64,000 nucleotides of DNA from Alphaproteobacteria bacterium (GCA_017475605.1 JAFVFD010000005.1:217758-281757), one strand, 5' to 3'. Shown: positions 47,914-59,140, counted from the stretch's first letter. Made by a program: numbers and translations. The notes: a model not told the origin generated them from the letters alone.

Positions 47914-48630
47914 CTAATTCGCGGCGGTGAATACCTTTTGGACATCATCGTTGTCGTTCAACGCATCGACTAACTTTTCAACCTTGGCATATGCCTCGTC
48001 GTCAAGGTCCATTGGCATATTCGGAATCCATGTCAATTCCGCGTTTTCCGGTTCGCCCAACTTGTCCGCCAATGCCTTTTGCACCGTCATAAAGTCATCT
48101 GGCTTTGTTGTGATAATGAAACCCTCTTCTGAACTTTCCAGGTTATCCGCACCCGCATCCATAACGATTTCCATCATTTCATCCTCGGTTTTGCCGACAC
48201 TTGCCGGATACATAATTTGCCCTGCACGTGTGAACATAAACACAACGGAACCTTCTTCGCCCATGTTGCCACCATTTTTGGCAAAGATATTGCGAACTTC
48301 GGGCACTGTGCGACGTGGGTTGTCGGTCAATGCCTCGACTATCACTGGAACGGCACCCGGGCCATAGCCTTCGTAACGCACCGCAACATAGTTTTCGGTG
48401 TTCGCGCCGGATGCCTTATCAATCGCGCGTTTAATATTATCGTTCGGCATAGAGTTTTTACGTGCCTGTAAAATAGCCAGGCGCAAACGCGGATTATTAT
48501 CCGGATTTGGATCGCCCAACTTTGCCGACATTGTTATTTCACGCGCCAATTTGGTAAATAAACCGCTGCGCGCCGCATCAACCAGCCCCTTTTTGTGCTG
48601 AATATTGTGCCATTTACTGTGCCCACTCAT
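47914..48630 (-). CDS. yebC: YebC/PmpR family transcriptional regulator
   Basis: MSGHSKWHNIQHKKG... highly conserved YebC N-terminus; 238 aa. Confidence 0.9.
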   Translation of the reverse strand: MSGHSKWHNIQHKKGLVDAARSGLFTKLAREITMSAKLGDPNPDNNPRLRLAILQARKNSMPNDNIKRAIDKASGANTENYVAVRYEGYGPGAVPVIVEALTDNPRRTVPEVRNIFAKNGGNMGEEGSVVFMFTRAGQIMYPASVGKTEDEMMEIVMDAGADNLESSEEGFIITTKPDDFMTVQKALADKLGEPENAELTWIPNMPMDLDDEAYAKVEKLVDALNDNDDVQKVFTAAN

Positions 48631-48680
48631 ATTTGACCTTTTGCTTTTATTGGTTTAGAATTACGACAAAAGGATAACAA

Positions 48681-49265
48681 ATGATTGGAAAATTGCAAGG
48701 TATTGTTGATTATATTGGCGATGGGTTCGTAATCATCATGGCGGGCCCCGTGGGATACAAGGTTTATACCCCCGAATACCTGACCCCTAAATCAACCGTG
48801 ACCCTTTGGATTGAAACGATTGTGCGCGAAGATTCCATACGCCTGTTCGGGTTTAGCAGCATTGCCGCCCAAAACATTTTTAACCAATTAACAACCGTTT
48901 CTGGTGTTGGACCAAAGGTTGCACTGGCAATCATGGGCACAATAAAGACCGATACCCTGATGTCTGCAATTGCGACGGGCGATGCAAAAACAATCGCAAC
49001 CGCACCGGGCGTTGGTAAAAAGGTTGCGGAAAAAATCATTGTTGAATTGAAAAACAAAATCGGCGGCGCATCATTTGACTTTGGCGGCGCGACGGGGGCG
49101 GATGCGGCGGGCGCCCTGCCCGATTTACTGGCTGCATTGGAATCCCTGGGCTATCGCCGTCTGGACATTATTGATATGGCGCAACACCTGGTTGCAGAAA
49201 ACCCGGGTGCCGATGTCGCAACATTGGTTCCAATGGCACTGAAACAAATAAGCGGGAACAGGTAA
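48681..49265 (+). CDS. ruvA: Holliday junction DNA helicase RuvA
   Basis: MIGKLQG.. OB-fold N-terminus, double HhH (VSGVGPKVALAIM), and a C-terminal RuvB-interacting domain. Confidence 0.9.
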   Translation: MIGKLQGIVDYIGDGFVIIMAGPVGYKVYTPEYLTPKSTVTLWIETIVREDSIRLFGFSSIAAQNIFNQLTTVSGVGPKVALAIMGTIKTDTLMSAIATGDAKTIATAPGVGKKVAEKIIVELKNKIGGASFDFGGATGADAAGALPDLLAALESLGYRRLDIIDMAQHLVAENPGADVATLVPMALKQISGNR

Positions 49266-49266
49266 T

Positions 49267-50568
49267 ATGAATAACGATACAATTTTTGCATTATCAAGTG
49301 GACACGGGAAATCGGGCGTTGCGGTTATTCGCATATCGGGCGACAACCTTTCTGATTTTGCGGAACGCATTATTGGCAAATTCGGAATACAACCCCGCCA
49401 TGCATATTTTGTAAATCTTTCGGACGATGCGGGTGAAATCATTGACCAGTGTATTATTACATATTTTGCAGCGCCACAATCATTCACCGGAACCGATGTT
49501 ATTGAAATTGCATCGCATGGCGCACCGGCGGTTATAAACAAAATCTTTGAATTTTTATCGGCGCACAATATGCGTATGGCAACACCTGGCGAATTTACCC
49601 GCCGCGCATTTTATAACAACAAAATGGATTTGACCGATGTTGATGGCTTGGCGGCATTGTTGGATGCCGAAACAGATGTTCAGCGTAAATCGGCATTGGC
49701 GGGAATGATGGGGCGCGACGGCAAAATCTATGACACATGGCGGTCGCAGATGATAGAGATTGCAGCATACAGCGCTGCAATTCTGGACTATGATGCGGAC
49801 GATTTGCCGAAAAACATTGGGCAAACGGTGCGCGAAAAAATCAAACAATTATACACTGAAATTGAAAATGCATTATCGCGCTATGCGGCGGCGCGTGCCA
49901 TACGCGGCGGTTTTAATATCGCATTGGTTGGTGAAACAAATGTCGGTAAATCATCGCTGTTTAATCAAATCGTGGGAACAAACCGCGCAATTGTTTCCGA
50001 CATCCCAGGCACCACACGTGATGTTGTGTCGGCAACATTAGACATTGACGAATACCTGGTAAATGTTTCCGATACGGCGGGCCTGCGCGAAAATACAGAT
50101 GATAAAATTGAACAAATCGGAATTGAAAGAACGAAAAACGAAATTGAAAATGCGGATCTTATAATTCGTGTATATACTGGAAAACCAAGCACAGACAAAA
50201 TCGCCGATAATGAAATTGTTGTTATAAATAAGTCAGATTTGTTAAAATCAAAACCAAATAAAAAAGCGATTTATGTTTCTGCAAAAACTGGCGATGGATT
50301 GAATGAATTACTGGGCGCAATTCGCACACAATTACATAAATTGACGGATGGCTCGGAAAATATGTTGGTTATCAACGCGCGAACAAAGTGTTTATTGGAA
50401 ACCGCGCGTGATGAATTGAAATCTGCAATGGAAATCCGCGGCGAAAACTTTGATTTAATAAGCGAACATGTACGCGCGGCGGCGGATGCAATCGGAAAAA
50501 TATTGGGGCAAATCACCGCGGCGGACGTTATGGATGCAACATTTTCACAGTTGTGTTTAGGTAAGTAG
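49267..50568 (+). CDS. mnmE: tRNA modification GTPase MnmE
   Basis: N-terminal THF-binding domain, G-domain (GETNVGKSSL, DTAG), and the C-terminal CLGK motif. Confidence 0.9.
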   Translation: MNNDTIFALSSGHGKSGVAVIRISGDNLSDFAERIIGKFGIQPRHAYFVNLSDDAGEIIDQCIITYFAAPQSFTGTDVIEIASHGAPAVINKIFEFLSAHNMRMATPGEFTRRAFYNNKMDLTDVDGLAALLDAETDVQRKSALAGMMGRDGKIYDTWRSQMIEIAAYSAAILDYDADDLPKNIGQTVREKIKQLYTEIENALSRYAAARAIRGGFNIALVGETNVGKSSLFNQIVGTNRAIVSDIPGTTRDVVSATLDIDEYLVNVSDTAGLRENTDDKIEQIGIERTKNEIENADLIIRVYTGKPSTDKIADNEIVVINKSDLLKSKPNKKAIYVSAKTGDGLNELLGAIRTQLHKLTDGSENMLVINARTKCLLETARDELKSAMEIRGENFDLISEHVRAAADAIGKILGQITAADVMDATFSQLCLGK

Positions 50569-50623
50569 TTGTTCGTCGTTGGTGGTTAGTGATTAGTATA
50601 ACACCGGTAAAAGCCAGTGTTAA

Positions 50624-51172
50624 TTATTTTCTTGCCGTATTCACCCATACACGATGTTCACCATGGCCATCAACAATTGTATCCGGTAATTGTTCACCAC
50701 CATATAATTTCATCAGCCCCATAATTGCCCGAAACGATGCCCGATTATTCTCATCACACGTCATCAACACGCGTTTTAAGCCTAATTTATGCGCCTTAAC
50801 CATGCACATTTTTATACCAACAAAACTTGAATATTTCCCACGATATTTTGGTGAAATATTTACCGCGATATGTCCGCCCATCTGTTCCAGTTTCGGTGTT
50901 AATTGGTGCCTTATTGAAAACGAACCAACCCAATCATCATCATCCATCAACCAAAATGTTGTGCTTGGCACATAACCATCTGGCAGATTTATTCCACGTT
51001 CATTATTTTCAATCTGCTTGAAAAAACCATCTACATTATTTGATTCCAATGCCCTTTCCAGCGGTGTTATATCAACATGTTTAAACCGGTTTGTGTCTTG
51101 TTTATAATCATCCCATGCCTTTAAAAATGCCTGCAAATATTTTTTTGATGGTTTTACAAGTTTTAATGTCAT
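50624..51172 (-). CDS. GNAT family N-acetyltransferase
   Basis: Acetyl-CoA-binding motif region (IAVNISPKYRGKYS, V..HKLGLKRVLMTCDENN), 182 aa. Confidence 0.65.
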   Translation of the reverse strand: MTLKLVKPSKKYLQAFLKAWDDYKQDTNRFKHVDITPLERALESNNVDGFFKQIENNERGINLPDGYVPSTTFWLMDDDDWVGSFSIRHQLTPKLEQMGGHIAVNISPKYRGKYSSFVGIKMCMVKAHKLGLKRVLMTCDENNRASFRAIMGLMKLYGGEQLPDTIVDGHGEHRVWVNTARK

Positions 51173-52755
51173 TATTCTTCCACTTCAATACTGTCAATCA
51201 ATGTTTGTTTAACAGGGGAAAGTTTGACGGGCTTGTAATTTTCACTAACAATTGGGTCGCGGTCGTCTTCGGGTAATACCGTTACCACATCAACCAATTG
51301 CGCATTTGATTGCGCCGTCATATTTGCGCCATATGTTTTTGATTTATACTTGCCACTTATGCGTTCCGGCAAAGTAATATAGTTCATTGGATTCACACCA
51401 CGTGTCTGTAATGGAACTGTTGTTTCAATCGGTGTAATGTGCCGCTGTTCGATATTATAAATCGGTGTCATAAAGTCAGCCGGCGCATTTTTCACAACGC
51501 GTGGTGTACCGTCGCCGGTCAATTCCATAATACGCAGTCCGCGTTCACTGGCCCCCGTTGGCCGCAAACGCACCGCCCCATCAACCCCCGCATAGCCAGA
51601 CGGATCCAACAAATACGCATTCTGTAATTTATCAGAATACAACATTCCAATTGCCAGATTTGCCGCATCATATCCGAACGATGCGATGCGCGATGGCTTT
51701 TCACCCGCAATGCGTTCATAATTTGCGACAAATGTTTCATCTGTATCCGGCAACGCGGCATATTTTGCGCCCGTCATTGTTATATCATTTGCGATATCCG
51801 CACCGTCCCACATAGCCGTTCCGTAAAACGCAACATCGCGATTACCCACACCAAAATAGCGCATAAATGATGCCAGCGATTTTGTATCGTCCCCCGTCCC
51901 CAGAAATAAAACCGCATCATACGGTAAATCGCCCAGTACATCATGCTTGGACAAGCGGTCCATTTGACGCAGGACCGACGAACGTTCAATTGATGTTAAT
52001 TTTTCATTTGTTAAAACATCGGATAATATTTCACGTGCCCGCTTGTGTGCCGCGGTACGTGCCACATTCATTGATGCACGTTCCGTTGCAGATTTGATTG
52101 AATCAGTATCTTTTTCAGTATAGAAAAACGCACCCGCCAATTGAACATTATGTATATCAGATGCCCCCTGTGCCGCACCAGCCAAAAGGTGTCCCGATTC
52201 CGTATCCGGTGCCAACACCACAAAACGACGCACACCGTCGGTGCGCATTTCACGAACAATAGCCTCGATACTGTTTGTCGGCATCAATGCCATTGTCATA
52301 ACCCCATCGCCAATTGCGGTTGCGTCCGATGTAAACGATAATACCGGCAAATCATATGGTTTTGATTCACGCAACATACGCGCATCATTTGCGAACAACG
52401 GTCCAATAATAATTTCTGGATTAGAAGCCAATGCATCATTTATCGCATCTGCCCCGCGCGCCGAATCAAAGAATGATACGGACAAATTATCCGCCCCGGT
52501 GGACAAAGTCGCCATTTCAACCGATGTACGAATTGCGCGCCCGGCCGCCGCGGCATCGCCACTTGTTGGCAAGATAACAGCAACACGATGGTTTGCCGCA
52601 TCATTATATGCCCCATACATCATCGATGCAGGTGTGGTTGTCGCATCGTTATAATCAACCGACCAACGACCACGCGGACCACCCGCGCATCCCACAAGCA
52701 GCCCACACAATGCCAAAAATCCGAAAATTCTTTTTATATACATTGAAAAATCCAT
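51172..52755 (-). CDS. LppC/LpoA-like penicillin-binding-protein activator lipoprotein (periplasmic-binding-protein fold)
   Basis: Lipoprotein signal (LALCGLLVGCAG), LIVBP-like fold signatures, and a divergent arrangement with rsmI as for lpoA-rsmI. Confidence 0.55.
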   Translation of the reverse strand: MDFSMYIKRIFGFLALCGLLVGCAGGPRGRWSVDYNDATTTPASMMYGAYNDAANHRVAVILPTSGDAAAAGRAIRTSVEMATLSTGADNLSVSFFDSARGADAINDALASNPEIIIGPLFANDARMLRESKPYDLPVLSFTSDATAIGDGVMTMALMPTNSIEAIVREMRTDGVRRFVVLAPDTESGHLLAGAAQGASDIHNVQLAGAFFYTEKDTDSIKSATERASMNVARTAAHKRAREILSDVLTNEKLTSIERSSVLRQMDRLSKHDVLGDLPYDAVLFLGTGDDTKSLASFMRYFGVGNRDVAFYGTAMWDGADIANDITMTGAKYAALPDTDETFVANYERIAGEKPSRIASFGYDAANLAIGMLYSDKLQNAYLLDPSGYAGVDGAVRLRPTGASERGLRIMELTGDGTPRVVKNAPADFMTPIYNIEQRHITPIETTVPLQTRGVNPMNYITLPERISGKYKSKTYGANMTAQSNAQLVDVVTVLPEDDRDPIVSENYKPVKLSPVKQTLIDSIEVEE

Positions 52756-52791
52756 TTATTTCTGTAATATTTTACTATAAAGGATTTAAAA

Positions 52792-53592
52792 ATGCAATCA
52801 GGGCTTTACATTGTTGGCACACCTATTGGAAACCTGGGTGATTTTTCCCCCCGCGCAATAGAAGTTTTGCGTGGTGTAGATTTAATTGCCGCCGAAGATA
52901 CACGCGTGTTTGGTAAATTGGCATCGCACTTTGATATCAAAACAAAACGCGTATCATGCCACGATCACAACGAACGCGATGTTATACCAGAATTGATTGA
53001 AAAATTGCGCGGTGGCGCATCAATCGCGGCGGTGTCCGATGCCGGTATGCCGGGGGTAAGCGATCCTGGATTTCGCCTTGTGCGTGCGGCACGCGCGGAA
53101 AACATACCTGTATTTGTTGTCCCCGGTCCCACTGCGGCAATTTCCGCATTGGTATTATCAGGCTTTCCAACGGACCGTTTTACCTTTTGTGGTTTTTTTG
53201 ATCCTAAAAAATTACACGATGACAACCGTATTCGCCACACTATAATTTATTATGAAAGTCCTAATCGCATAATGGACACTATCGCAGATTTGGCGCGTGT
53301 TATGCCCGAACGACAAATTGCAATTGTTCGTGAAATTACAAAAATACACGAAGAAGCAATTATTGGTTATCCCGCAGATTTAATGCACATAGCGGCCCCA
53401 CGCGGTGAAATTGTAATTGTTGTTGCGCCCGCCCCTGACCACAAAATGTCAGACACTGAAATAAGTGATATTGTAAATGATATCGCGGCAACATCGACAA
53501 AATCTGCGGCGGCGGATTTGGCGGCACGTGCCGGCATATCAAAGAAAGAGGCATACAAACGCATGCTTGCCAAGGGGGACAACAATGATTAA
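52792..53592 (+). CDS. rsmI: 16S rRNA (cytidine1402-2'-O)-methyltransferase
   Basis: Tetrapyrrole-methylase-like fold motifs LYIVGTPIGNLGD, AAEDTR, SDAGMPGVSDPG. Confidence 0.85.
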   Translation: MQSGLYIVGTPIGNLGDFSPRAIEVLRGVDLIAAEDTRVFGKLASHFDIKTKRVSCHDHNERDVIPELIEKLRGGASIAAVSDAGMPGVSDPGFRLVRAARAENIPVFVVPGPTAAISALVLSGFPTDRFTFCGFFDPKKLHDDNRIRHTIIYYESPNRIMDTIADLARVMPERQIAIVREITKIHEEAIIGYPADLMHIAAPRGEIVIVVAPAPDHKMSDTEISDIVNDIAATSTKSAAADLAARAGISKKEAYKRMLAKGDNND

Positions 53593-54139
53593 ATTTGTTG
53601 GTGGATTTGAAGCAGTGGAATCTTTACCCAAAACCCAATTTGCCGAATATGCGTTTGTCGGGCGCAGTAATGTTGGTAAATCATCATTAATTAATGCGAT
53701 TGTTGGTGTGCCTGTTGCACGCACATCGAACACACCGGGACGCACACAGACATTAAATCTTTTTAACATGGACGATAAAATTATGATTGTGGACCTGCCG
53801 GGATATGGTTATGCCCGCGTATCACGCGCGGATGCGATGCGATGGTTAAAAAGATTAGAAGAATACTTGTTGACCCGCAGCCAATTAAAACGGTTGTTTA
53901 TTTTGATTGATTCGCGCATTGGCCCACGCGATTCTGACCTGGACTTAATGGACTTCTGTGATACAAACGCGATTCAATATCAAATCGTGTATACCAAGCG
54001 GGACAAGCGCACACGCAAAGAAAACCAAATAAAAATAAACCATACCGAACATGGTGCGATGGTACCTGAAATAATTGAAACATCGGCCGAAAAGAAAACA
54101 GGCATTGAACCTTTAAGGAAAATCATTGGCATCAAATAA
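53585..54139 (+). CDS. engB: Ribosome biogenesis GTP-binding protein EngB/YsxC
   Basis: GRSNVGKSSLINA (G1), DLPGYGY (G3), TKRDK (G4). Start placed at MIKFVGG, overlapping the rsmI stop. Confidence 0.85.
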   Translation: MIKFVGGFEAVESLPKTQFAEYAFVGRSNVGKSSLINAIVGVPVARTSNTPGRTQTLNLFNMDDKIMIVDLPGYGYARVSRADAMRWLKRLEEYLLTRSQLKRLFILIDSRIGPRDSDLDLMDFCDTNAIQYQIVYTKRDKRTRKENQIKINHTEHGAMVPEIIETSAEKKTGIEPLRKIIGIK

Positions 54140-56678
54140 AAATATATTTTACGCAACAAACCCCGCAAATATGTTGGACGCACTTTGGCGAACAATAGAC
54201 GCGTCAGGTGTTGCGTTATCTGATATATTGCTTTTTTTACCAAGTCGTCGTGCCGTACGCAGTGTGGAACAAATGCTGGTAAAAAAATACGGGCATGCGG
54301 TATTTTTACCACACCTGATTGCATTGGGCGAAGGGGTTGATGAAGATGACGAATATGAACCCGCAACACCTGATACCGTATCAAATACAGAACGCGTTGT
54401 AATTTTAGCCAGGTTATTATCGGCGGACAAAAACATTGGGAATATCGCAACCGCCCTGCCTATTGCGCATGATTTGGTACGACTGACAGATTATCTTGAA
54501 AACGAAGGTATTGATGCTTCAAAAATTTCCTGGACAGAATTAGTTGATGATCGTTTTGCTGAACATTTCAAGGGCAAGGCGCGCATATTAAAAATATTGT
54601 CTGAAAATATTTCTGCGATTACGCATGGTTGTAAAACAACAACCCAAAAACGCAACGCAGATATTCGCGCATGGATTGATTTTTTGAATAAACCTGACAA
54701 TAAATATAAACTGATTATCGTTTGTGGTTCCACCGCCAGTGTTCCCGCCACCGCCGATTTAATGGCACACATAGCGGGCATGCCGAATGGTATAATTATT
54801 TTATCAGGTAAAATTGCGGGGCGCACATCTGATTTTGAATTAACAACGAATCCCTATTATTCTGAATACAGGTTTTTAACCAGCATTGGTTGCGATGTTT
54901 CAGAAATTCAACCAATCAATGTTGGTGATTCCAAAACCATTGATTTTATGAATGCGACGTTTGGTAATAATCCGGCATTACCGGAAAACCAGGATGCCGT
55001 ATCACATTGTCATCTTGTTGAATGCGACCGCGAAAGTGTCGAAGCCATTGCCGTTGCCGAAATAGCCGCACGCGCAATCAGTGATAATAAATCTGTATTG
55101 GTAATTACACCCGATGCCGCCGGAAATCAACGTATCGCGTCCGCGCTATCTGCGCGTAATATTGCAGCAGATTTTTCTGGTGGCCGTCCCGCAACGATGC
55201 ATAACATTGGTCGCGCGATTCTAAATACTTTTGATGAATGGATTGAACACGACAAAAGCAATTTCGATGATTTATATAAAACTACAAACTATGATTTGTT
55301 TGAAACTATTTTAAAAATGGTTGATGACACAACCGATATTGTTTGGGCCCCCACGTTTAACCCAACAGATAAAGATACCATATCTATATGGACTGCGTTG
55401 CGCGAATTATCAGATGCATTAAAAAATAATGGAATTATATTAAGTACACCCGATGCGCGTGCATTTATTGCGGACACATTATCGGGGGTTGTTATACGCA
55501 CCACACCCGATACAGACACGCGTGTTTGCGTATTGGGAACAATTGAATCGCGTATGCAGACCGCCGATGTTATTATTTTAACCGGCCTTAATGACGGAAT
55601 GTTTCCGGCGCGTGGATATGAAAACGCATGGTTACCAACCGCGATTGCTGAAAAAATCGGTCTGCCATCACCAAACCGGAAAGTATCATTGATGTCGCTG
55701 GACTTTATGAACCTGTCATGTGGGGCAACGGTTTATTGGTTACGCAGCATGGTTTCCGGTGGCACCCAAACGACCGAGTCGCGTTTTATATCACGCATTA
55801 TGGCGCGTGGCGGCAAATTTGATACTGAAATTGGACGACAAATCGTATCCAACATTCATGCGCGTGATAACATTGAATTACGGCAACTGGACTATTCCGC
55901 GCCGACACCGCCGGCCGATTGGTCCGATGTTTATGTAACAGATTTAGAATATTTAATTCACAATCCATATGCCTTTTATGCGCGGCACATATTGCGCCTT
56001 TATCCAATTAACGATTATTGGCTGGGGCCGGATGCACGCGATTTCGGCACAATGATTCACGCGATAATAAAAGATGCGAAACCAGGCGACAGTCCATCAA
56101 CACTTGTTGCGCGACTGGATGCGGCGGCAATCAAGATTTTAAAAACCGACGGCATATTATTCCGTTTTTGGCATAAACGTTTTATGGAAATGGCACCAAT
56201 TATTGCGAATGAATTAATTGCGCATCCGAATGCAGATTCTGAAATATCTGGTTCTGTGGAAATACCAGTTGGGGAAAATGGCGCAAAACGCACTGTTCGC
56301 GCACGTGCCGACCGCATCTGCGACGGCATGGTTATGGACATAAAAACAGGTGCCGCACCAAAGCCATCACAACTGTCGGCGGGCACAATGCCACAATTAC
56401 CATTAGAGGCATTAATGTTACAATCTGGTGGCTTTAAAATACCAACAACAGATCGCAGCAAAACACCGGTCATGATGTTTTTACAATTACAAAGCAATCA
56501 TGTGAAAAAAATAGAGTTTGATTACAATACAACACAAATGATGATAGATGCCGCTGTGGCAAAGACACAGGAAGTATTCAAAACATATTCTGCCGGCCAA
56601 GCACCATATGAATACCACGAAACGAATGATTATCGATATAAAACATACGACGACCTGGCCCGCGTTGATGATTTATAA
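54126..56678 (+). CDS. addB: Double-strand break repair protein AddB (alphaproteobacterial type)
   Basis: 850 aa with a C-terminal PD-(D/E)XK nuclease motif (RADRICDGMVMDIKTG) and AddB-like N-terminal inactivated helicase folds. No addA follows. Confidence 0.7.
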   Translation: MASNKNIFYATNPANMLDALWRTIDASGVALSDILLFLPSRRAVRSVEQMLVKKYGHAVFLPHLIALGEGVDEDDEYEPATPDTVSNTERVVILARLLSADKNIGNIATALPIAHDLVRLTDYLENEGIDASKISWTELVDDRFAEHFKGKARILKILSENISAITHGCKTTTQKRNADIRAWIDFLNKPDNKYKLIIVCGSTASVPATADLMAHIAGMPNGIIILSGKIAGRTSDFELTTNPYYSEYRFLTSIGCDVSEIQPINVGDSKTIDFMNATFGNNPALPENQDAVSHCHLVECDRESVEAIAVAEIAARAISDNKSVLVITPDAAGNQRIASALSARNIAADFSGGRPATMHNIGRAILNTFDEWIEHDKSNFDDLYKTTNYDLFETILKMVDDTTDIVWAPTFNPTDKDTISIWTALRELSDALKNNGIILSTPDARAFIADTLSGVVIRTTPDTDTRVCVLGTIESRMQTADVIILTGLNDGMFPARGYENAWLPTAIAEKIGLPSPNRKVSLMSLDFMNLSCGATVYWLRSMVSGGTQTTESRFISRIMARGGKFDTEIGRQIVSNIHARDNIELRQLDYSAPTPPADWSDVYVTDLEYLIHNPYAFYARHILRLYPINDYWLGPDARDFGTMIHAIIKDAKPGDSPSTLVARLDAAAIKILKTDGILFRFWHKRFMEMAPIIANELIAHPNADSEISGSVEIPVGENGAKRTVRARADRICDGMVMDIKTGAAPKPSQLSAGTMPQLPLEALMLQSGGFKIPTTDRSKTPVMMFLQLQSNHVKKIEFDYNTTQMMIDAAVAKTQEVFKTYSAGQAPYEYHETNDYRYKTYDDLARVDDL

Positions 56679-56683
56679 TATAA

Positions 56684-57454
56684 CTATTTCAGTTTAATCA
56701 TTAGGCCACAATGATCGGTTGGTTTGTCTGCCAATCGTGGCGACATATCTATTTCGCAATTCGCAATCATTTTATTCGCCACACGATTACAAAGGAAATA
56801 ATCTAATCGCAATCCCTGGCGATTGCCAACGGTATCACGTCCGCGATATCCATACCAGGTATAGTCTATTTCATCTGGGTGTAATTTGCGCCACGCGTCA
56901 ATCCAGCCTGCATCCAGCCATGATTGCATTATGCTGCGTGCCTCTGGTGCGGCGATTGCGATACCCACATAATTTTTCGGATTCCAAACATCCCTGTCTT
57001 CCAGTGCGACATTAAAATCACCACCGATTATAACCGCCTCTTCTGAATCAAGGTATTGCGATATATATTCGCCAAACACATGCATCCATTCCAGTTTATA
57101 TGGAAACTTTGGTGAATCGACGGTATCACCATTTGGCATATAGGCATTTATAATACGCACACGCCCATCAATCACACATTCAATCAAACGCGCCGCAGGG
57201 TCTGCATAATTGGGCAACCCGCGGGATACATCTTCGATGGAATACTTGGAAAAAATCGCCACACCATTATAACTTTTTTGGCCAAAGACCCGTATATTAT
57301 AACCATAGTCATCAAAAAGATTATGCGGGAATGCCGCATCTTCAACCTTAATTTCCTGGACCATGATTACGTCGTATTCCCCAGAGCGCAAAATGTCTAT
57401 AAAACTTGTCGCATGGGCACGGATAGAGTTGATATTAAGAGTCATAATTTTCAT
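56684..57454 (-). CDS. xthA: Exodeoxyribonuclease III
   Basis: MKIMTLNINSIRAH..., catalytic motifs (VQEIK, GGDFN, LRLDYF, DH). Start trimmed to MKIM to avoid the divergent overlap. Confidence 0.85.
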   Translation of the reverse strand: MKIMTLNINSIRAHATSFIDILRSGEYDVIMVQEIKVEDAAFPHNLFDDYGYNIRVFGQKSYNGVAIFSKYSIEDVSRGLPNYADPAARLIECVIDGRVRIINAYMPNGDTVDSPKFPYKLEWMHVFGEYISQYLDSEEAVIIGGDFNVALEDRDVWNPKNYVGIAIAAPEARSIMQSWLDAGWIDAWRKLHPDEIDYTWYGYRGRDTVGNRQGLRLDYFLCNRVANKMIANCEIDMSPRLADKPTDHCGLMIKLK

Positions 57455-57520
57455 GTTGGAAATCCATTGTTTTAGTATTATAATAACCGCAACAAAATAT
57501 AAAATACAAGGATTTTTAAA

Positions 57521-59104
57521 ATGAATATGTACAAGTTTCTGGAAAACACCGTAAGTCAATTTCCAGACCATTTATTTTTGGTGCGTGAAAATGTAACATA
57601 TACCAAATTTTTGGAAATGGTACGCGCGCGCGCCGCATCCCTGCATGCCGCCGGGGTTAAATCGGGCGATGTTGTTGGGATATTGTCGCACAATATACCC
57701 GAATTTCCAATTACACTATTTGCTGTTTGGTTTTTGGGCGGTCGTGTATTGATGTTGGACACCAACCTTACCCCGTTTGAATATGACAATATGACCGCTA
57801 TTACAGATTGTCATTTTGTTTGTGCGGAACCGTCATTTTTCTATAAAACGAAAAACTTTACCTTCTATGATATTACCAAGAAAGATGGCAAACCAAACCC
57901 CGATTTGGAACCTGCCGCATTGGAATCTGTTGATATCGCAACATTGTCCTTTACATCTGGCTCTACTGGCACACCAAAGGTTGTACCACTTACCCACTTT
58001 AATTTAATCGAATGTGCACATTCGTTAAAGGATATGCGTGAATACATTAACGATGGTGATTATATGTATGGATTTTTGCCAATGTATCACATCTTTGGGT
58101 TTGCGGTGGAAATATTGGCAACGGTGGAATACGGTGATGGCCTTATTTTACAACCAAGCATCAATCCAAAACTATTACTTGCCGATTTCAAGGAATTCCG
58201 TCCACAAATCATACCTGCGGTACCGCGTTTGTTTGAAATCATACGCAACCGCATTATTGATCAGTTAAAGGCGCGTCGCCTGTGGTGGTTTGCACGCATC
58301 GTATTGCGCTATGGCAAAGCATTGGAAAGAATCGGCCTTGGTTTCCTTGTACGCAAGGTTCAGGACCCTGTTCGTGAAATCTTTGGTGGCCGCGTCAGTT
58401 TGTTGATTGCCGGCGGTGCCGCCACCAAGCCAGAGGTTGAAACATTCTATGAACGCCTTGGTATGCCCTTTATCCAGGGTTATGGCATGACGGAAACTGT
58501 TGGACCAATCTGTATTTCAAAACGTACCAAGAAACGTTTACCGTTTGCCTTTGGCGCACCAACCACAAATAACGAGGTTGAAATTCGCAACAAAGACGAA
58601 GACGGCATCGGTGTTTTATGGGTACGTGGACACCAGGTTTTCGGTGGCTATCTTAATAACCCAGAAGTGAACGCAACTGTATTTGATGAACGCGGTTTCT
58701 TTAATACAGGCGATTTGGTGTCTATGGATAAAAATGGCGAATTACATTTTGCCGGCCGTAAAAAACAGGTTATTGTCCTTGATTCCGGTAAAAATGTTTA
58801 CCCCGATGAATTGGAAGCGATGTTTATGAAAATACCAGGTGTAAAAAATGTTGCGGTATTCGAACATCGCCTGAAAGACAAAACTGTTTCCTATGCGGTA
58901 TTTAGTGTTGAACCAGATATGACAATGGAAAAGTTGTCGTCCGCCGTCGCGAACGCAAACAAGAAGTTGGCATCTTATAAATGGGTTACGCACTTTGCCA
59001 TGACAACAGATGATTTGCCCACGACCAGCACACAAAAGGTAAAACATCATGTTGTTCGTCAAAACCTTATTGATGGTAAATACCCAATACAGAAAGACAA
59101 TTAA
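57521..59104 (+). CDS. AMP-dependent synthetase/ligase (long-chain acyl-CoA synthetase-like)
   Basis: AMP-binding signature LSFTSGSTGTPKVV, TGD motif (FNTGDLVSMD), A10 Lys region. Confidence 0.75.
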   Translation: MNMYKFLENTVSQFPDHLFLVRENVTYTKFLEMVRARAASLHAAGVKSGDVVGILSHNIPEFPITLFAVWFLGGRVLMLDTNLTPFEYDNMTAITDCHFVCAEPSFFYKTKNFTFYDITKKDGKPNPDLEPAALESVDIATLSFTSGSTGTPKVVPLTHFNLIECAHSLKDMREYINDGDYMYGFLPMYHIFGFAVEILATVEYGDGLILQPSINPKLLLADFKEFRPQIIPAVPRLFEIIRNRIIDQLKARRLWWFARIVLRYGKALERIGLGFLVRKVQDPVREIFGGRVSLLIAGGAATKPEVETFYERLGMPFIQGYGMTETVGPICISKRTKKRLPFAFGAPTTNNEVEIRNKDEDGIGVLWVRGHQVFGGYLNNPEVNATVFDERGFFNTGDLVSMDKNGELHFAGRKKQVIVLDSGKNVYPDELEAMFMKIPGVKNVAVFEHRLKDKTVSYAVFSVEPDMTMEKLSSAVANANKKLASYKWVTHFAMTTDDLPTTSTQKVKHHVVRQNLIDGKYPIQKDN

Positions 59105-59107
59105 AAA

Positions 59108-59140
59108 AGCACCGGCGGTTGCCGGTGTTTTTTTTAACTA
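59108..59140 (+). terminator. Intrinsic terminator after the acyl-CoA ligase gene
   Basis: aaaaaagcaccggcggttgccggtgtttttttt. Confidence 0.6.
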
